Source of the DNA: the human T2T-CHM13v2.0 reference genome, Homo sapiens
DNA length: 64,000 nt
Assembly: GCF_009914755.1 (NCBI RefSeq)
Contig: NC_060930.1
Reading direction: 5' to 3' (one strand)
Shown in pieces: positions 37,470 to 50,300 of the stretch; the stretch's first letter is position 1, and each line of letters starts with the position of its first letter. The position numbers were made by a program, and so were the translations under genes. A model generated the notes under the pieces. It was not told the DNA's origin and did not search any database. It saw nothing but the letters and a program-made list of their open reading frames with translations.

Positions 37470-38712
37470 CTACTGGACTCTGATCAATCTGAGCCAATTG
37501 AAGTAATTCTATTCCCCTTGCCAGAGTTATTGGTTTGATGATCAGTGCAGAACCTAGTCCAAACCAGTCAGCATCCTGACTATCCCCTGGTAAAAGCCAA
37601 TGATTCAAGGGCAGGCCTGTGTCTGGCAATAGCCTGATGGGAGTGAAGTTCAGAACATTTGATCTATGACTGTTCAAAAAATTCTTTCTTCCTTCCCCAA
37701 GTGAACAAGGGAGCTTATTTATGGTCCTGAGAGATTCTAGCATTTACCATAAGGGAAGCCAGACTAAGAATAGGCCCGGTGTCTAAAGGGCAACAAAATG
37801 AAGAAATTATCCACAGCTCTTATTTTTATTATTATACTTTTTGTATCCTGAGACTTTGCTGAAGTTGCTTATCAGCTTAAGGAGATTTTGGGCTAAGACG
37901 ATGGGGTTTTCTAAATATCCAATCATGTCATCTGCAAACAGAGACAATTTGACTTCCTCTCTTCCTATTTGAATACCATTTATTTCTTTCTCTTGCCTGA
38001 TTGCCCTGGCCAGATCTTCCAACACTATATTGAATAGGAGTGGTGAGAGAGGACATTCTTGTCTTGTGCCGATTTTCAAAGTGAATGCTTCCAGGTTTTG
38101 CCCATCCAGTATGATATTAGCTGTGGGTTTGTCGTAAATAGCTATTATTTTGAGATACATTCCATCAATACCTAGTTGATTGAGGTTTTTGGCATGAAGA
38201 GGTGTTGAATTTTATTGAAGGCCTCTTCTGCATCTATTGAGATAATCATGTGGTTTTTGTCGTTGGTTCTGTTTATGTGACAGATTACGTTTATTGATTT
38301 GCATATGTTGAACCAGCCTTGCATCCCAGGAATGAAGCCGACTTGATTGTGGTGGATAAGCTTTTTGATGTGCTGCTGGATTCGGCTTGCCAGTATTTCA
38401 CTGAGGATTTTTGCATCGATGTTCATCAGGGATATTGGCCTGAAATTTTTTGTTGTGTCACTGCCAGGTTTTGCTATTAGGATGATGCTGGCCTCATAAA
38501 ATGAGATAGGGAGAAGTCCCTCTTTTTCTATTGTTTGGAATAGTTTCAGAAGGAATGGCACCAGCTCCTCTTTGTACCTCCCACAGCTCTTACATCATGA
38601 ATATCCAAGTTAAATTACGCCTGATCTCTATATTTTTCAAACACATTAGTCAATACATTTCCTTTAGTTTGTAAGTCAGCCACAGTTGAATTTTCTTTTG
38701 CTTGCAAACAGG
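37470..38712 (+). mobile_element. Old MaLR LTR (MLT1J/K-like) split by an L1PA insertion
   Basis: 'ctattccccttgccag..attggtt..ccaaaccagtcagcatc' before the L1; 'agtcaatacatttccttt..taagtcag..gttgaattttcttttgcttgcaa' after it. Confidence 0.55.
37823..38580 (-). mobile_element. L1PA (PA6-PA8-like) ORF2 reverse-transcriptase segment joined to the L1 3' terminus, 12-bp TSD
   Basis: Peptides '[46 protein letters not shown]' and '[27 protein letters not shown]'; TSD ccacagctctta at 37811-37822 and 38581-38592. Confidence 0.95.
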
Positions 38713-39544
38713 GATTCATATTTCTTATTGACCTTTCCTTTGTGGACAACTTAAAGCTTTTTAGCTTCCTCATTATTTGAACCATACGGGACAAGGAAGA
38801 TTTTTTTAAAATTGATTCTAACCAAACTACATTTTCAACTCAAACCAGATTGATTTCAATCATTCCTGTAAGTCTATCCTTACTGATGTACATGTAGAAG
38901 TGAAAGTACCTGCAAAATTATTGAACAGGTTTCAGGTCATGTTTTCTTTCTGACACCTTCTTTAGCATAATTGCAATGAAAGTATCTTTTATCATCTCTT
39001 CAAACAATTGTATTTGCATTTGTCAAAAAATGCTCCCTCTGAGTGGATATCTGCCCAAGACATCCTTTTCATACCCACAATTGAATTTTCTTTTGGTAAT
39101 TTGAATATTTTACATTTAACTTCCTTGCTCACAAACGTGAAGGTATAACTTAACATTAGAGACATTTCTGTAAGAAGAAATCAAAAAATGCAAACTAAAG
39201 TTTAGCAACTCAGGAATTTGGTTAGGTTTAACTATCAGGAGCCAGACTCCAAAAGTAGACTAAAGTGTGGCCGTCCTAATCTCTGTAGTGATCAGAGCTT
39301 GTCTGAACTCTTTTTTGTATATTTGGTTTATTTCTAGCTGGTATGCAACATAAAACAGCCTTTAAATCAGCTTCCCCATAGGTTATCTTGACCTCTTGAA
39401 AATCTGCCTTTGCGCTACCCACAGGAAGTTGATGGTCACTCTCCTGATTGGGAAGGGAATGCTACATGATAAGGCCTCAATAGACTTTTGTATAGTTTCT
39501 TGCTTCAAAGAACTTTGTTCAGGCCCCTCAACAAGAAGGATAAA

Positions 39545-39935
39545 GTCCTCATTGTCTTGCTTGGTTTCCAATCTGGTTTCCTCCCTTTCTCTTCCACGCC
39601 CTGAACTTTAACTTAACCAGCATCTCCACTACACAATTCTGTTGTCTAGCTGTGTCTTTGCTCCATCTCTCCACCTGGAATGTCTTCTCAGACTCTCCTC
39701 CACAACCTTCTCAGGCTTACCTGGCCAACTCCTACTCATGCTTGGCTCAGTTGGCACCCTCTCCAGGAACGCTCCTCTTTTCACACTCTGGCAGCTTTGC
39801 TTCCTTTGAGCTCTCATGTTAGTTCTGTCCTTGCAGTTCTACTCTCAGCGTATCTCAATGTGTGGACTCACCCACTAGACTGAGCTCCATAAGCAGGAAC
39901 AATGTCTTACTTCTATTTTTATGCCCACTGACCAT
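39545..39935 (+). mobile_element. L2 fragment
   Basis: 'tctttgctccatctctccacctggaatgtcttc..ccaactcctactcat..cactagactgagctccataagcaggaacaatgtctt'. Confidence 0.65.
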
Positions 39936-40335
39936 GGAGAGGGAGTCCCATACTTAAAGAATTCCATGTACAAAAGAATATTTTTATCTCCTTATCCAGG
40001 TATGAACTCCCCAAAACATTAGATTTCATATCACAAAACATAGTTGAGTCAACTGAGAAAACAATTAGTTTGCACTCAAGTTAGACATTGAATTGAAATT
40101 CCTTTTGAGCTGTGAGTGGAGAAGATAAATTTAAATTCAAATAAAATTTTCAGTTAACAATACTGTAAGTGATATTTTGTTTTTCTAGATAGCATCATAA
40201 GTATTTTTCCAATAGCTTGCTAATCATATTCCAAATACTTTCAGCGACTGATGTGATGGTACCTTCAAAAAGCAGCAACAAAAACAACTATTGCAAAGCA
40301 TTCTTTGAAAATCTGTCATCTATACTGTGTAATAA

Positions 40336-40477
40336 GTATAGAGTTTTACAACATAAAAACAATTCTGGAGATAGATGGCAGTGACGCTTGTACAACATTA
40401 TGAATGTATATAATCCCACTGAACTTAAAAGTGATTAACATGGTAAATTTTATGATATATGTAGTTGCCACAAAAAA
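40336..40477 (+). mobile_element. L1MB 3' terminal fragment
   Basis: 'ttctggagatagatggcagtgacgcttgtacaacattatgaatgta..cactgaacttaaaa..ggtaaattttatg..ccacaaaaaaa'. Confidence 0.75.
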
Positions 40478-41086
40478 ACTGGGGGAAAATCTGTCAAACA
40501 AAAATTCCTGGTGAAAAATATTAATTCTAAATTTCTGATGGGCTTTCTTCCACCTGCTTGGCTCTCATTTCCAACAGCCAGATATTTCAAGGGAAGTTCT
40601 AAAGTAGAATTAAAAGGTAGTCTGGTTCTTCTTAGGACCTTTCTAGTTGAGGTCTTCTAGGAAACTCTATCTTGCTATTTGAAATCATGAAATGATTTCA
40701 GAATCTGCCTTACTTGTCCAAGGGTCGTGAACCAGCAAGGAGGGAGACTTCGTATCACCACAGATGGTAAGGGATTGGGGAGCAGGCTGGCATGGAACAA
40801 GTGTCCACTGAGCGGCCAGGAAAGCCTGTGACCATGGTGAGGGGAGGAGGCAGTGCAGCTGACAGCCACAGTTGATCAGCTAGTCCAGAGAGATATGGCC
40901 AGGCAGGCTACTGATCTTGTAAGCAGGGGTGGGCTCCCTTCCAGGACCATGAAGGGGACCTTTAACTGACCATAGAGGGCAGGTAGCTCTGTAAGTACGT
41001 TAAGAGCTCAGTGTCTGACTGAAAGTAGTGTAATAGTATTCATAGCTGTGACAGGGAACATTTTAGGAGTAAAGAAAGTCAACTCT

Positions 41087-41398
<312 letters not shown>

Positions 41399-42087
41399 AT
41401 CAACTCTATTTTTATAAATAACTGGACACTAGGGCAAAGAGAGGCAGCCCAAAAAGCCCCATAACCAGCTGGCAGAGACCAGCTTGAGAGTCAAGAGGAG
41501 AACACTGAAGGTTGGACTAGGGATGCAAAAGAATACAGGCACTAGGAACTAGGACCGCCTGTACTCACCACCAGTCACAGGATTTAGGGCAGAGATATTG
41601 AAAAGTAACCACCATCACATTATTCTCTGCCCACATTCTTACCATATGGGTACTCAGGATCACTAAGGAAAGCATGCATATAATTAGCCTAGAAAGCCAC
41701 TTGGATCCTTTCAGTTAATTATCCTTTTATTTCAAAAATCTCATATTACAAGTATTAGAAACTTCAGTGTTATCTCTGCCATATCTCAGGTTTCCCTATA
41801 TGTGTGTTATAATTCTAGATCCTCTATTATATTTCATATTGTTGTATTTATCTATCTGTCACCACCATTATTTTATGGCTGCAGCTCTAGAATAAGTCTT
41901 TTCTCTGGTAGGACAAGTGCTCCCCACCTCGTTCTCCCACATCAACTTCCCGGATCATCTGAAATGCCTTTCTCTATGTACTTGAATTCTTACAAATCTT
42001 GATATCACTGCTAGTTCTCTGCCTTCAAAGCAGCTTCAGGCATGATCAACAGCAGCCATGGAAGCTGCCTAAAAATGAACAGGAAGG

Positions 42088-42879
<792 letters not shown>

Positions 42880-42984
42880 AAAAAAACTATATAAAAAACG
42901 TGCTGTTAATAAAGATTTAAATCCAGTCAGAGCAGACAAATGAGAAGTAATTGAAAAAAATAAAAAGGTATAAGATGATATATA

Positions 42985-43428
42985 AATTGGGTTGTGGTTC
43001 CCCAAAAAGATACGTCAAAGTCCTAATTCCCAGTATCTCGCTCAGAAGGGTCTAATTTGGAAATAGAGTCTTTGCAGATATAATCAGCTATCATACTATA
43101 GTAGGGTGGGTCTTTCACCCAATATAACTGGTGTCCTTATAGGGAGAGGAGAAGACAGACACCTGAGGGAGAAGGCCATGTGGTGATGGAGGCAGAGATT
43201 GAAGTGCTGCAGCTTCAAGTCAAGGAGTGCCAAGGATTGCTGTGAACCACCAAAAGCAAGAAAGACACAAAGGAGGATTCTATCCTACAGATTAGAGAGG
43301 AGAGTATGGACCTGCTGACACCTTGATTTTGAATTTTTAGACTCCAGAACTGTGAGATAATAAATTTCCATTGTTTTAAGCCACCCACTTTGTGGTACTT
43401 TGTTATGCAGGCCTAGGAAACGAATACA
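42985..43428 (+). mobile_element. MaLR solo LTR (MLT1C-like)
   Basis: 'tttggaaatagagtctttgcagat..gaaggccatgtg..ggaggcagagattg..ctccagaactgtgagataataaatttc..cctaggaaacgaataca'. Confidence 0.9.
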
Positions 43429-43443
43429 GAAAAAAAAGGCATA

Positions 43444-43928
43444 CCATATCTCATCAAATCTGATACACCATTGATTACAAGATGCCCTGTTATATTATGC
43501 ACCTTGAAGAGATTTTAAAAAGCTGTCAATTTGCTGAGAGCGGTGGCTCACACCTGTAATCCTAGCACTTTGGGTGGCTGAGGCGGGTGGATCATGAGGT
43601 CAGGAGTTGGAGACCAGCCTGGCCAATATGGTGAAACCCCGTCTCTACCAAAAATACAAAAATTGGCCAGGCATGGTGGTGCATGCCTGTAGTTCCAGCT
43701 ACTTGGGGGGCTGCAGCAGAAGAATCACTTGAACCCAGGAGGCGGAGGTTGCAGGGAGCCAAGATCGTGCCACTGCACACCAAGCTGGTCAACAGAGCGA
43801 GACTCTGTCTCAAAAAAAAAAAAAAAAAAAAAGAACGCCAATTCAATGATGGCACATCGTCAGTTGTAAGATGCAAACTAATTTAAAGATGTTAAAAAAA
43901 ACAGTATCTTAGAATCTATAAAATATGG
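43444..43928. mobile_element. Tc2/mariner-type MITE (MER104-like) split by an Alu
   Basis: TA flanks at 43442-43 and 43929-30; imperfect terminal inverted repeats ccatatctcatcaaatct.../...agaatctataaaatatgg; internal 'ttgtaagatgc'. Confidence 0.7.
43532..43832 (+). mobile_element. AluS (Sg-like)
   Basis: 'ggatcatgaggtcaggagtt..gaccagcctggccaa'; full dimer with poly(A). Confidence 0.95.
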
Positions 43929-44369
43929 TACCTCGATTCTATCAGCTCAGTTAAATAATAATGTTTGGGTGAGTGTTAACTTGTGCATCATCTAAGATGC
44001 CAGGTACCTTGAAAGTACTTCCCACTTAGTGTCTAAACAGACATCAACCCAAACTGGACATTGTCGATAAGTAAGGTATGTAAAATGATACCAAACAGGT
44101 GTAATTCGTTTTAAGGTAAACATGGGTTGTATCATGTGGTGTTAATCTTTACTTCTGGGGAATATCAAGCCTGGGAAAAAAAATAAAAATTGAATGAGCT
44201 GTTTCTTCCTTCTTCCTTTTAAGTTACTTCTGTGTTGCTTGTTACCATAATCACGGCTTTCGTTTTGTATCCTCTTAGAATCCCTAACTGTCTAGGCTAG
44301 TGGTTCTCGACCTGACTGAACATCAGAATTAGTTTGAAAACATTTTTTGAGAATTTATTCCTAAAATTC

Positions 44370-46410
44370 AGAAGCTTGGTAACACACTCTGTTGAAAAAA
44401 TTATGGAAAAAGATTTTCTCATACATTGCTAGTAGTAATACAAAAAAAATCTGACAATACTCATGGAGAAAAATTTGATAATATCTATCAAAATGCCTTT
44501 CCACCCAGAAATCCCACTTTTAGGAATTTGCTTCCAATGGGTTACAGTGCTATAAATACAAAAAGAAAACAATTCTAGGTAAAAAGGTTACTCACTGTGG
44601 CAATGAATTTTTTAAAATTCATTTTTTAAAAAATGGAAATTATCCATGTCTATCTACAGGAGGCTAATTTAACAAGTTCTACCATAGCCACACAATGGAG
44701 TACCCTTTTGCACTAGAGCTATACAAAAAAAAAATGAAGACTTCTGAGAGTGAATATGGAGAGAAAAAAAGCAAGATACAAAAGAGTATGTTGCCATTTG
44801 TATATATCTATCTTACATAAATATATAATTGTTTATTTTGTCAAAAAAAAGGAAGACTATACCAGAAATAAATATAAATGGTTCACTCTTTGGGGTCAGA
44901 GGAGAGGAAATCGGTGGTAACACAAGTTGGGAGGCATATAAGGCTTCTCAAAGTACAAATTTTTAATAGTTTTGAGGGTTTGGGGGATGTATAAATATTT
45001 TACGTATTCAAAAATAAAATTGTATCAGCAAGGATGGAAAACACGTGCTAAAATATAACTCAAACAGAAACAAATTGACCCAACTGTATATTAAAATAAC
45101 ACAACCTCATAGGAAAGAAAAGAATGATTCAAATAACTCATGAACACATTTTACTTAATGTACACCTTTAGTGAGATATTTTCTCAAGATAGAAAGAAGA
45201 ACATGACTTAGTAAGTTTGTTGATTATTAAAACTATTTTGTATATTATAATATAAAGCAAATGAGCAAATACATTGGTGTTGTCAGGATTCAGGTTTCAC
45301 ACTGTGGGAGAAGCAGTGTGTAAATATGGAATGGGGAAGGTAAGGAGAAATCCAGAGGTATTGGATCTGAAATGGAGTCATCAGCACCAATTCATGATTT
45401 CAAAAATGTATATATTCTCTGCCTCCTGAAGGGACCCAGAAACAATGTCACCTTGAGTCACTGAACATATTAATATCAAGATCTTGGTTTTGAAATACTA
45501 CTCACTACTCACTACTGAAAGCAAACAATGTTTCCTGGAGAAATGGCTAATTCCAGATTACAGACAGATAGTGTACAAGGTGAACCCTGAACATTCTGTG
45601 TCAGAAAGCTAAGGAAGTGCCCAGAGAATGACAAATACAATCAAAAGAACAAAGCGGCAAGCATGAAAGGCCAAATATGAGATAATTTGGGAATTTAAAA
45701 AATGAACATAATGGATCGTAACACATTGAATTTTTTAAAATTCTTGAGCCTGTAGTGATACTGGAGGAAGGAGTCTTTTGTTTACACAAGAATGCCAGAA
45801 AATAAACGTAAAAGGGATAATAAAATTAGGAAATGACTATTTTGCAGTCTCTAATGTAGTTCAGACAAAGGTCATCAGTGCATGCTAAAACTACTGGGTG
45901 AAAGTGTATTGGAGAACATGATATTCACATAGTATCAAAATGTCATCCCATTGATTGATTACTTATTAATTATAAAGGAAAAGCATAACTTCAAAATGAA
46001 AAAAAAAAAAAAAACTTGACAGACACCATCTTAACCAGGTAACCAAACATCACACAAAACGCACAGAGGCCCCTGATGTGATGTAATCAAATGTACACAA
46101 CAGCACTTGTGCAGTTTTTCTGCCGAAGATATTTAACCTAAATCTAGTCATGGGATACAATCAGACAGATTTAGAGAAATTCTCTAAGACAAGCCTTAAC
46201 TCTTCAAAAATGGCAGGTTAATCAAAGGCAAAACATAGGTGGGAAACTGCTTGGAACTTAAGAAAGACAGTACAACTAATGCAAGGTGTAGGATCCTTGA
46301 TTAGAGTCTGGATTTTTAAAATCAGCTAAAAGATACATTACAAAACAAACAAACAACCAAACAAACAAATCATTTTGGGACAACTGAGATAGTTTAAATA
46401 TTGACTTGTT
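44370..46410 (+). mobile_element. Old L1 3' region (L1MC/L1MD-like)
   Basis: 'ctcatacattgct..aatttgataatatctatcaaaat..cccagaaatcccacttttaggaattt'; later 'gtacaaggtgaaccctgaacatt', 'catcttaaccaggt', 'gatccttgattaga'. Confidence 0.75.
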
Positions 46411-48339
46411 ATATTGTTCACTGCAGTGCGGAACTTCTTTTTAAACCCTATTTCAATCAGATGATATTATTCATATGCAATGGGTATCAAAGTTTTAATG
46501 GCCAAGCATTATTAATACAACAAATAGGTCTTCTAAGCATTTCACGTAATATTTTTAAGCTTATTAGAATTTTTATGTCATAATAAGGATACTGATTCAA
46601 ATGTAGAGATTATTTTTCCTTTGGTAAAGATGAAGCCTGTGGTTTTTATAAATTCCCCTTTTTTCTCTCTGCCAAACAACTGAAAATAATTGTTTGACAG
46701 CTAGTCAGCTCCACAAAAACCTACCACAGAAAGTGAATTGAAAAGTTACAACAACAACTAAACCAAAGAAAAAAGTAAATTAAAATAATTCATGCATATG
46801 AACGGATACCTTAGTTTTTTTCATCTCTTCTTCTCTTGTAATAATTAGCACATGGCCTTTTATATGATAGATGCTTGTCTCTTCTCAAGACCCAGCCAAC
46901 TAACTAACAGTTAGTAGGATTGACTCAGAAACAGGGCACAACATGAAAATAAAGCTCCTAGAACTTGAACTATGACAGAAAATTGGTGATCATTGGGCTA
47001 CAGGATCAGTGCTTCCAATGATAGATGCCACATCCCAAAGTGTGGTTAAACAGTGGGGATGGTAAATACCCGGTGGTCATGCTGTCTCTCCTTTTTCTAC
47101 ACCCACAACAGACACTGTATTCTTTCTCATTGGCTTGCACCTTTGCCTCATCATTTTCTTCAACCCAGTACTCAAAGTCACCACCAATAGTCAGTTGAAA
47201 ATGCATTTCCTATGAAATAAGAACTACAATTTTGAAATTCTTCTTGTTTCAGATTAGGCTAGAGTAGCAAGAAGAGGAGGCTATATCACCACAGCTTTGA
47301 GAGTAAGCTTGCCAGGCTAGCAACCATGCAGAGATAAATAACGCTCAATAGCTGTTAAATGAGAAAGTGAACTAAAGTAGAGAAGAACAGCAAAAATAAT
47401 GTTCTTCGACATCGCATCTTGTATCATGACCTCAGTATGGCAAGTGCTTACCTGGTTGCAAACTGAGCAAAAGCAAAAAAGCTGCCCCACTTAGATAAGT
47501 TGCTGATTGAGATATCAGAAAACAAGTCTGAACCAGATGGCTACAAAGGTGTTATTTCAAAGTTTTCACAGGGCTGGTGGTATCTGCTAACCTGGGGTGT
47601 TTGGAATAAATTCAAAGGCTGAGTCTTTTACAAGTAACACCTATGCTTCCTCACTCTCTGAAATTCTACCATTATTAATTTTTTTAATACTAGGCTTTTA
47701 GGCACTAAATAGGGTACACCATGAAGCAGTTTGAAATTTTATTGAAAATGACATATTTTTGAAAAATTGTTGTGCAGCATTTTTTATTTGCAAAATATTT
47801 TTGTTACAAACATCCTAGCTAATTATCCATCCTAGTTATTCAGGAACTAGACCACCCTTACATTACATATATGAAAAATGAGAGAGGTAAGTTCAGCTTA
47901 GTGAAGTTAACTTTGCATGCCTCCTAGCCAGTGAAAATCAAAATAATTTGCCCTACATTGTGTAGTAAAATAATCACCTGGCCATGATTAAAACCCTCAG
48001 TCTCAGAAACTCCTGCTCAGTTCCCTGAATAATTCAGCCCTTTTTATAAGGATTTTGTTGTTTCATAATATATTTATTTTTCTTGAAAAATTAGTCTCCT
48101 ATAGCAAATGCATAGTAGTCAAAACTATAATTGTTGACTATTTAGGAAATAAGGATGCCATTTATTTATTTTACGTCTTCCATTTCTCATATTCCCAGCA
48201 TTACCATTTCTTTCTGCGTAGCTTATAAACATGACCAAGAATCTCTAATTTTATGAAATCTCTTGACCTTATGTCCCCATTAATAAACTAGTTTGCTGCT
48301 TCCTCTTTTTAAACTTTTTGACAAAATAACCTATATTCC

Positions 48340-49372
48340 CCATCTTCATTCTGGCACTACCCAATCACTCCTTAGCTCACAGAAATTTGCTTTCTGTTCC
48401 AACCAATTAATTGACATGTTCTATCAAAGTGCATTCACTGACTCAATTATACTCAAGTCCAAAGGGCACTTTGAGATTTTATTTATTGTTCTTGATCTGA
48501 TTGATGTATTTAGCTTTGTTGAGGTCTCTTTCTCAACTCTTTATATTTACCTCTGTCCAGTCCTTCTCTATCTCTTTCATGAGCTACTCCCAGTTTGCCT
48601 CTCTCTTAAACGTTGAGTTTCCTAGTTCCATTCTTCTTCCACTGCTTTTTTCATGGTGAAGGTTCTCTTTGGACTGTCATCCACTTTCAGGATTTTAACT
48701 ACTTTCCATGTCCTATTGATTTTTGAAACTAAATCTTCATCCACGACCTTCCCTCCAGATTTCAACTCACATATACAAATATCTGTTGGATGCTTCCAAT
48801 AATATGAGATCCATAGGCTACATATAAAATTTATTTTATGCTCAATCCTGCCCTTCCCATATTCCCTACATCATTTTATAAATAAACATCTACAAACCTT
48901 AATTCTGAGAGCTTTGCTAGTTTTCTCTGTGCTCTCATTCTGCATGTTCAATTAAATAACATATTCTGTGCATTGTATCTCCTAGATATTTATTAATCTT
49001 CTCTGCTTTACTTCTATATCTCTCATGTAGTTTTAGTCTCATAAGTTTAATTACATTCTAATTGAGTTTCTTATTTGTAGTCTTGACTTCTCCAAACTCA
49101 TTCACTGCACCAAAGCCACCTGGGGTAAAACCAAATCTGATGAGCATTCTCCTTCTTACAGTCCTCAAAGCTTCCCTATAGCTTACAGAATAAAGTCTAA
49201 GTTTGTAAGAGTGGGTACAAGGGCCTTTAAAACCTGACTTCAGTCTACCATTGCCAAAGATGCCTGATACTCCCTGACTCACTATTTAGTAGTATAAAAA
49301 TATCTGTAGTTTCCCAGGCTCATGGAACTTTATCAAGCCTCAGCTGTTGACTGTGTCTGGAACACTCTTCAA
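48340..49372 (+). mobile_element. L2 (L2c-like), degraded
   Basis: 'caagtccaaagggcacttt', 'ccactttcaggattttaactac', 'cagaataaagtctaa', 'tgactgtgtctggaacactcttc'. Confidence 0.65.
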
Positions 49373-49407
49373 ATATCACCCCTGTGGGACTTATTAACAG
49401 TGTTTTC

Positions 49408-49608
49408 ACTATTTCCAGATACTCTTCTGGGTACATGGTAGGATAGCACTCCCCACCCCCTTGAAGATGGGCATGACCATATGACTTGCTTTGGCCAATG
49501 ATAAGTGAGGAAAAGTGATGTGAATTGCATTCAGGCAGAAGAATTTAGGAGTGATATATGACTTTTTGTCTTCCTTCCTCCTGTCATGGCAAAGCAACAT
49601 TCCAGAGG
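49408..49608 (+). mobile_element. MaLR LTR 5' part (MLT1I/J-like)
   Basis: 'ccccttgaagatgggcatgaccatatgacttgctttggccaatgataagtgagg..aagtgatgtg'. Confidence 0.7.
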
Positions 49609-49699
49609 CAGTTTAATTTTTTTAAAGCTAATTGCTGCATTTTATTTGGCCATTTGTCTTGAAACCAACATCCGGAATTAATTCAAAAGAATGGTATCT

Positions 49700-49915
49700 T
49701 CTAGATCTGTCACCACATTAGTTGGGTGACTTTGGGTAATTTAGCAGCTGAGTGCCTCAGTTTCCTCAACTGTAATATGTAGATAATAACACTATCCGCC
49801 TAATAGGGCTGTTGTGGGATTTTTAAAAAGTCAATTCACAAAAAAAATGCTTAAAATGGTAGATATCTAGATATTTGCCTTATAAAATGTGCCTGTTGAT
49901 GTGGTAGTTATTATT
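49700..49915 (+). mobile_element. MIR
   Basis: 'gtgactttgggtaatttagcagctgagtgcctcagtttcctcaactgtaatatg..taatagggctgttgtgggatt'. Confidence 0.8.
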
Positions 49916-50097
49916 ATGATATAATGATGTCATTTGCCTGATGACTATCTCTTTCCCATAGGCTTTGATTGTGCCTTTCTGTCCTTCAGTAAAAATCAAC
50001 CTAGATAAGCCTTGCTCCAGGTAGCTCTCTTTATCAAAATGCCAGTACCAGAATTGCCAGTTTGGAGACTGGAAATATCCAGAATAGAAAAGGAAAG

Positions 50098-50300
50098 AGT
50101 GCAGACCTGTGGTCAGGTTTAAGCTACACCAAGTGGTCAGGGTATGTTTGCATGATTAACTTCTATGAGCTTCAGTTTCTTCAATTTTAATATATAAATA
50201 GTAATATGTAGAGGGCTTGGGGGGATTAAAGGAAATAATATGCATAAGGAGTCAAGCATCATATCTAGCACACAGCAATTTCACAATACGTGATTTTCAT
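50098..50300 (+). mobile_element. MIR
   Basis: 'attaacttctatgagcttcagtttcttcaattttaa..ggattaaaggaaataatatgcataa..ctagcacacag'. Confidence 0.65.
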
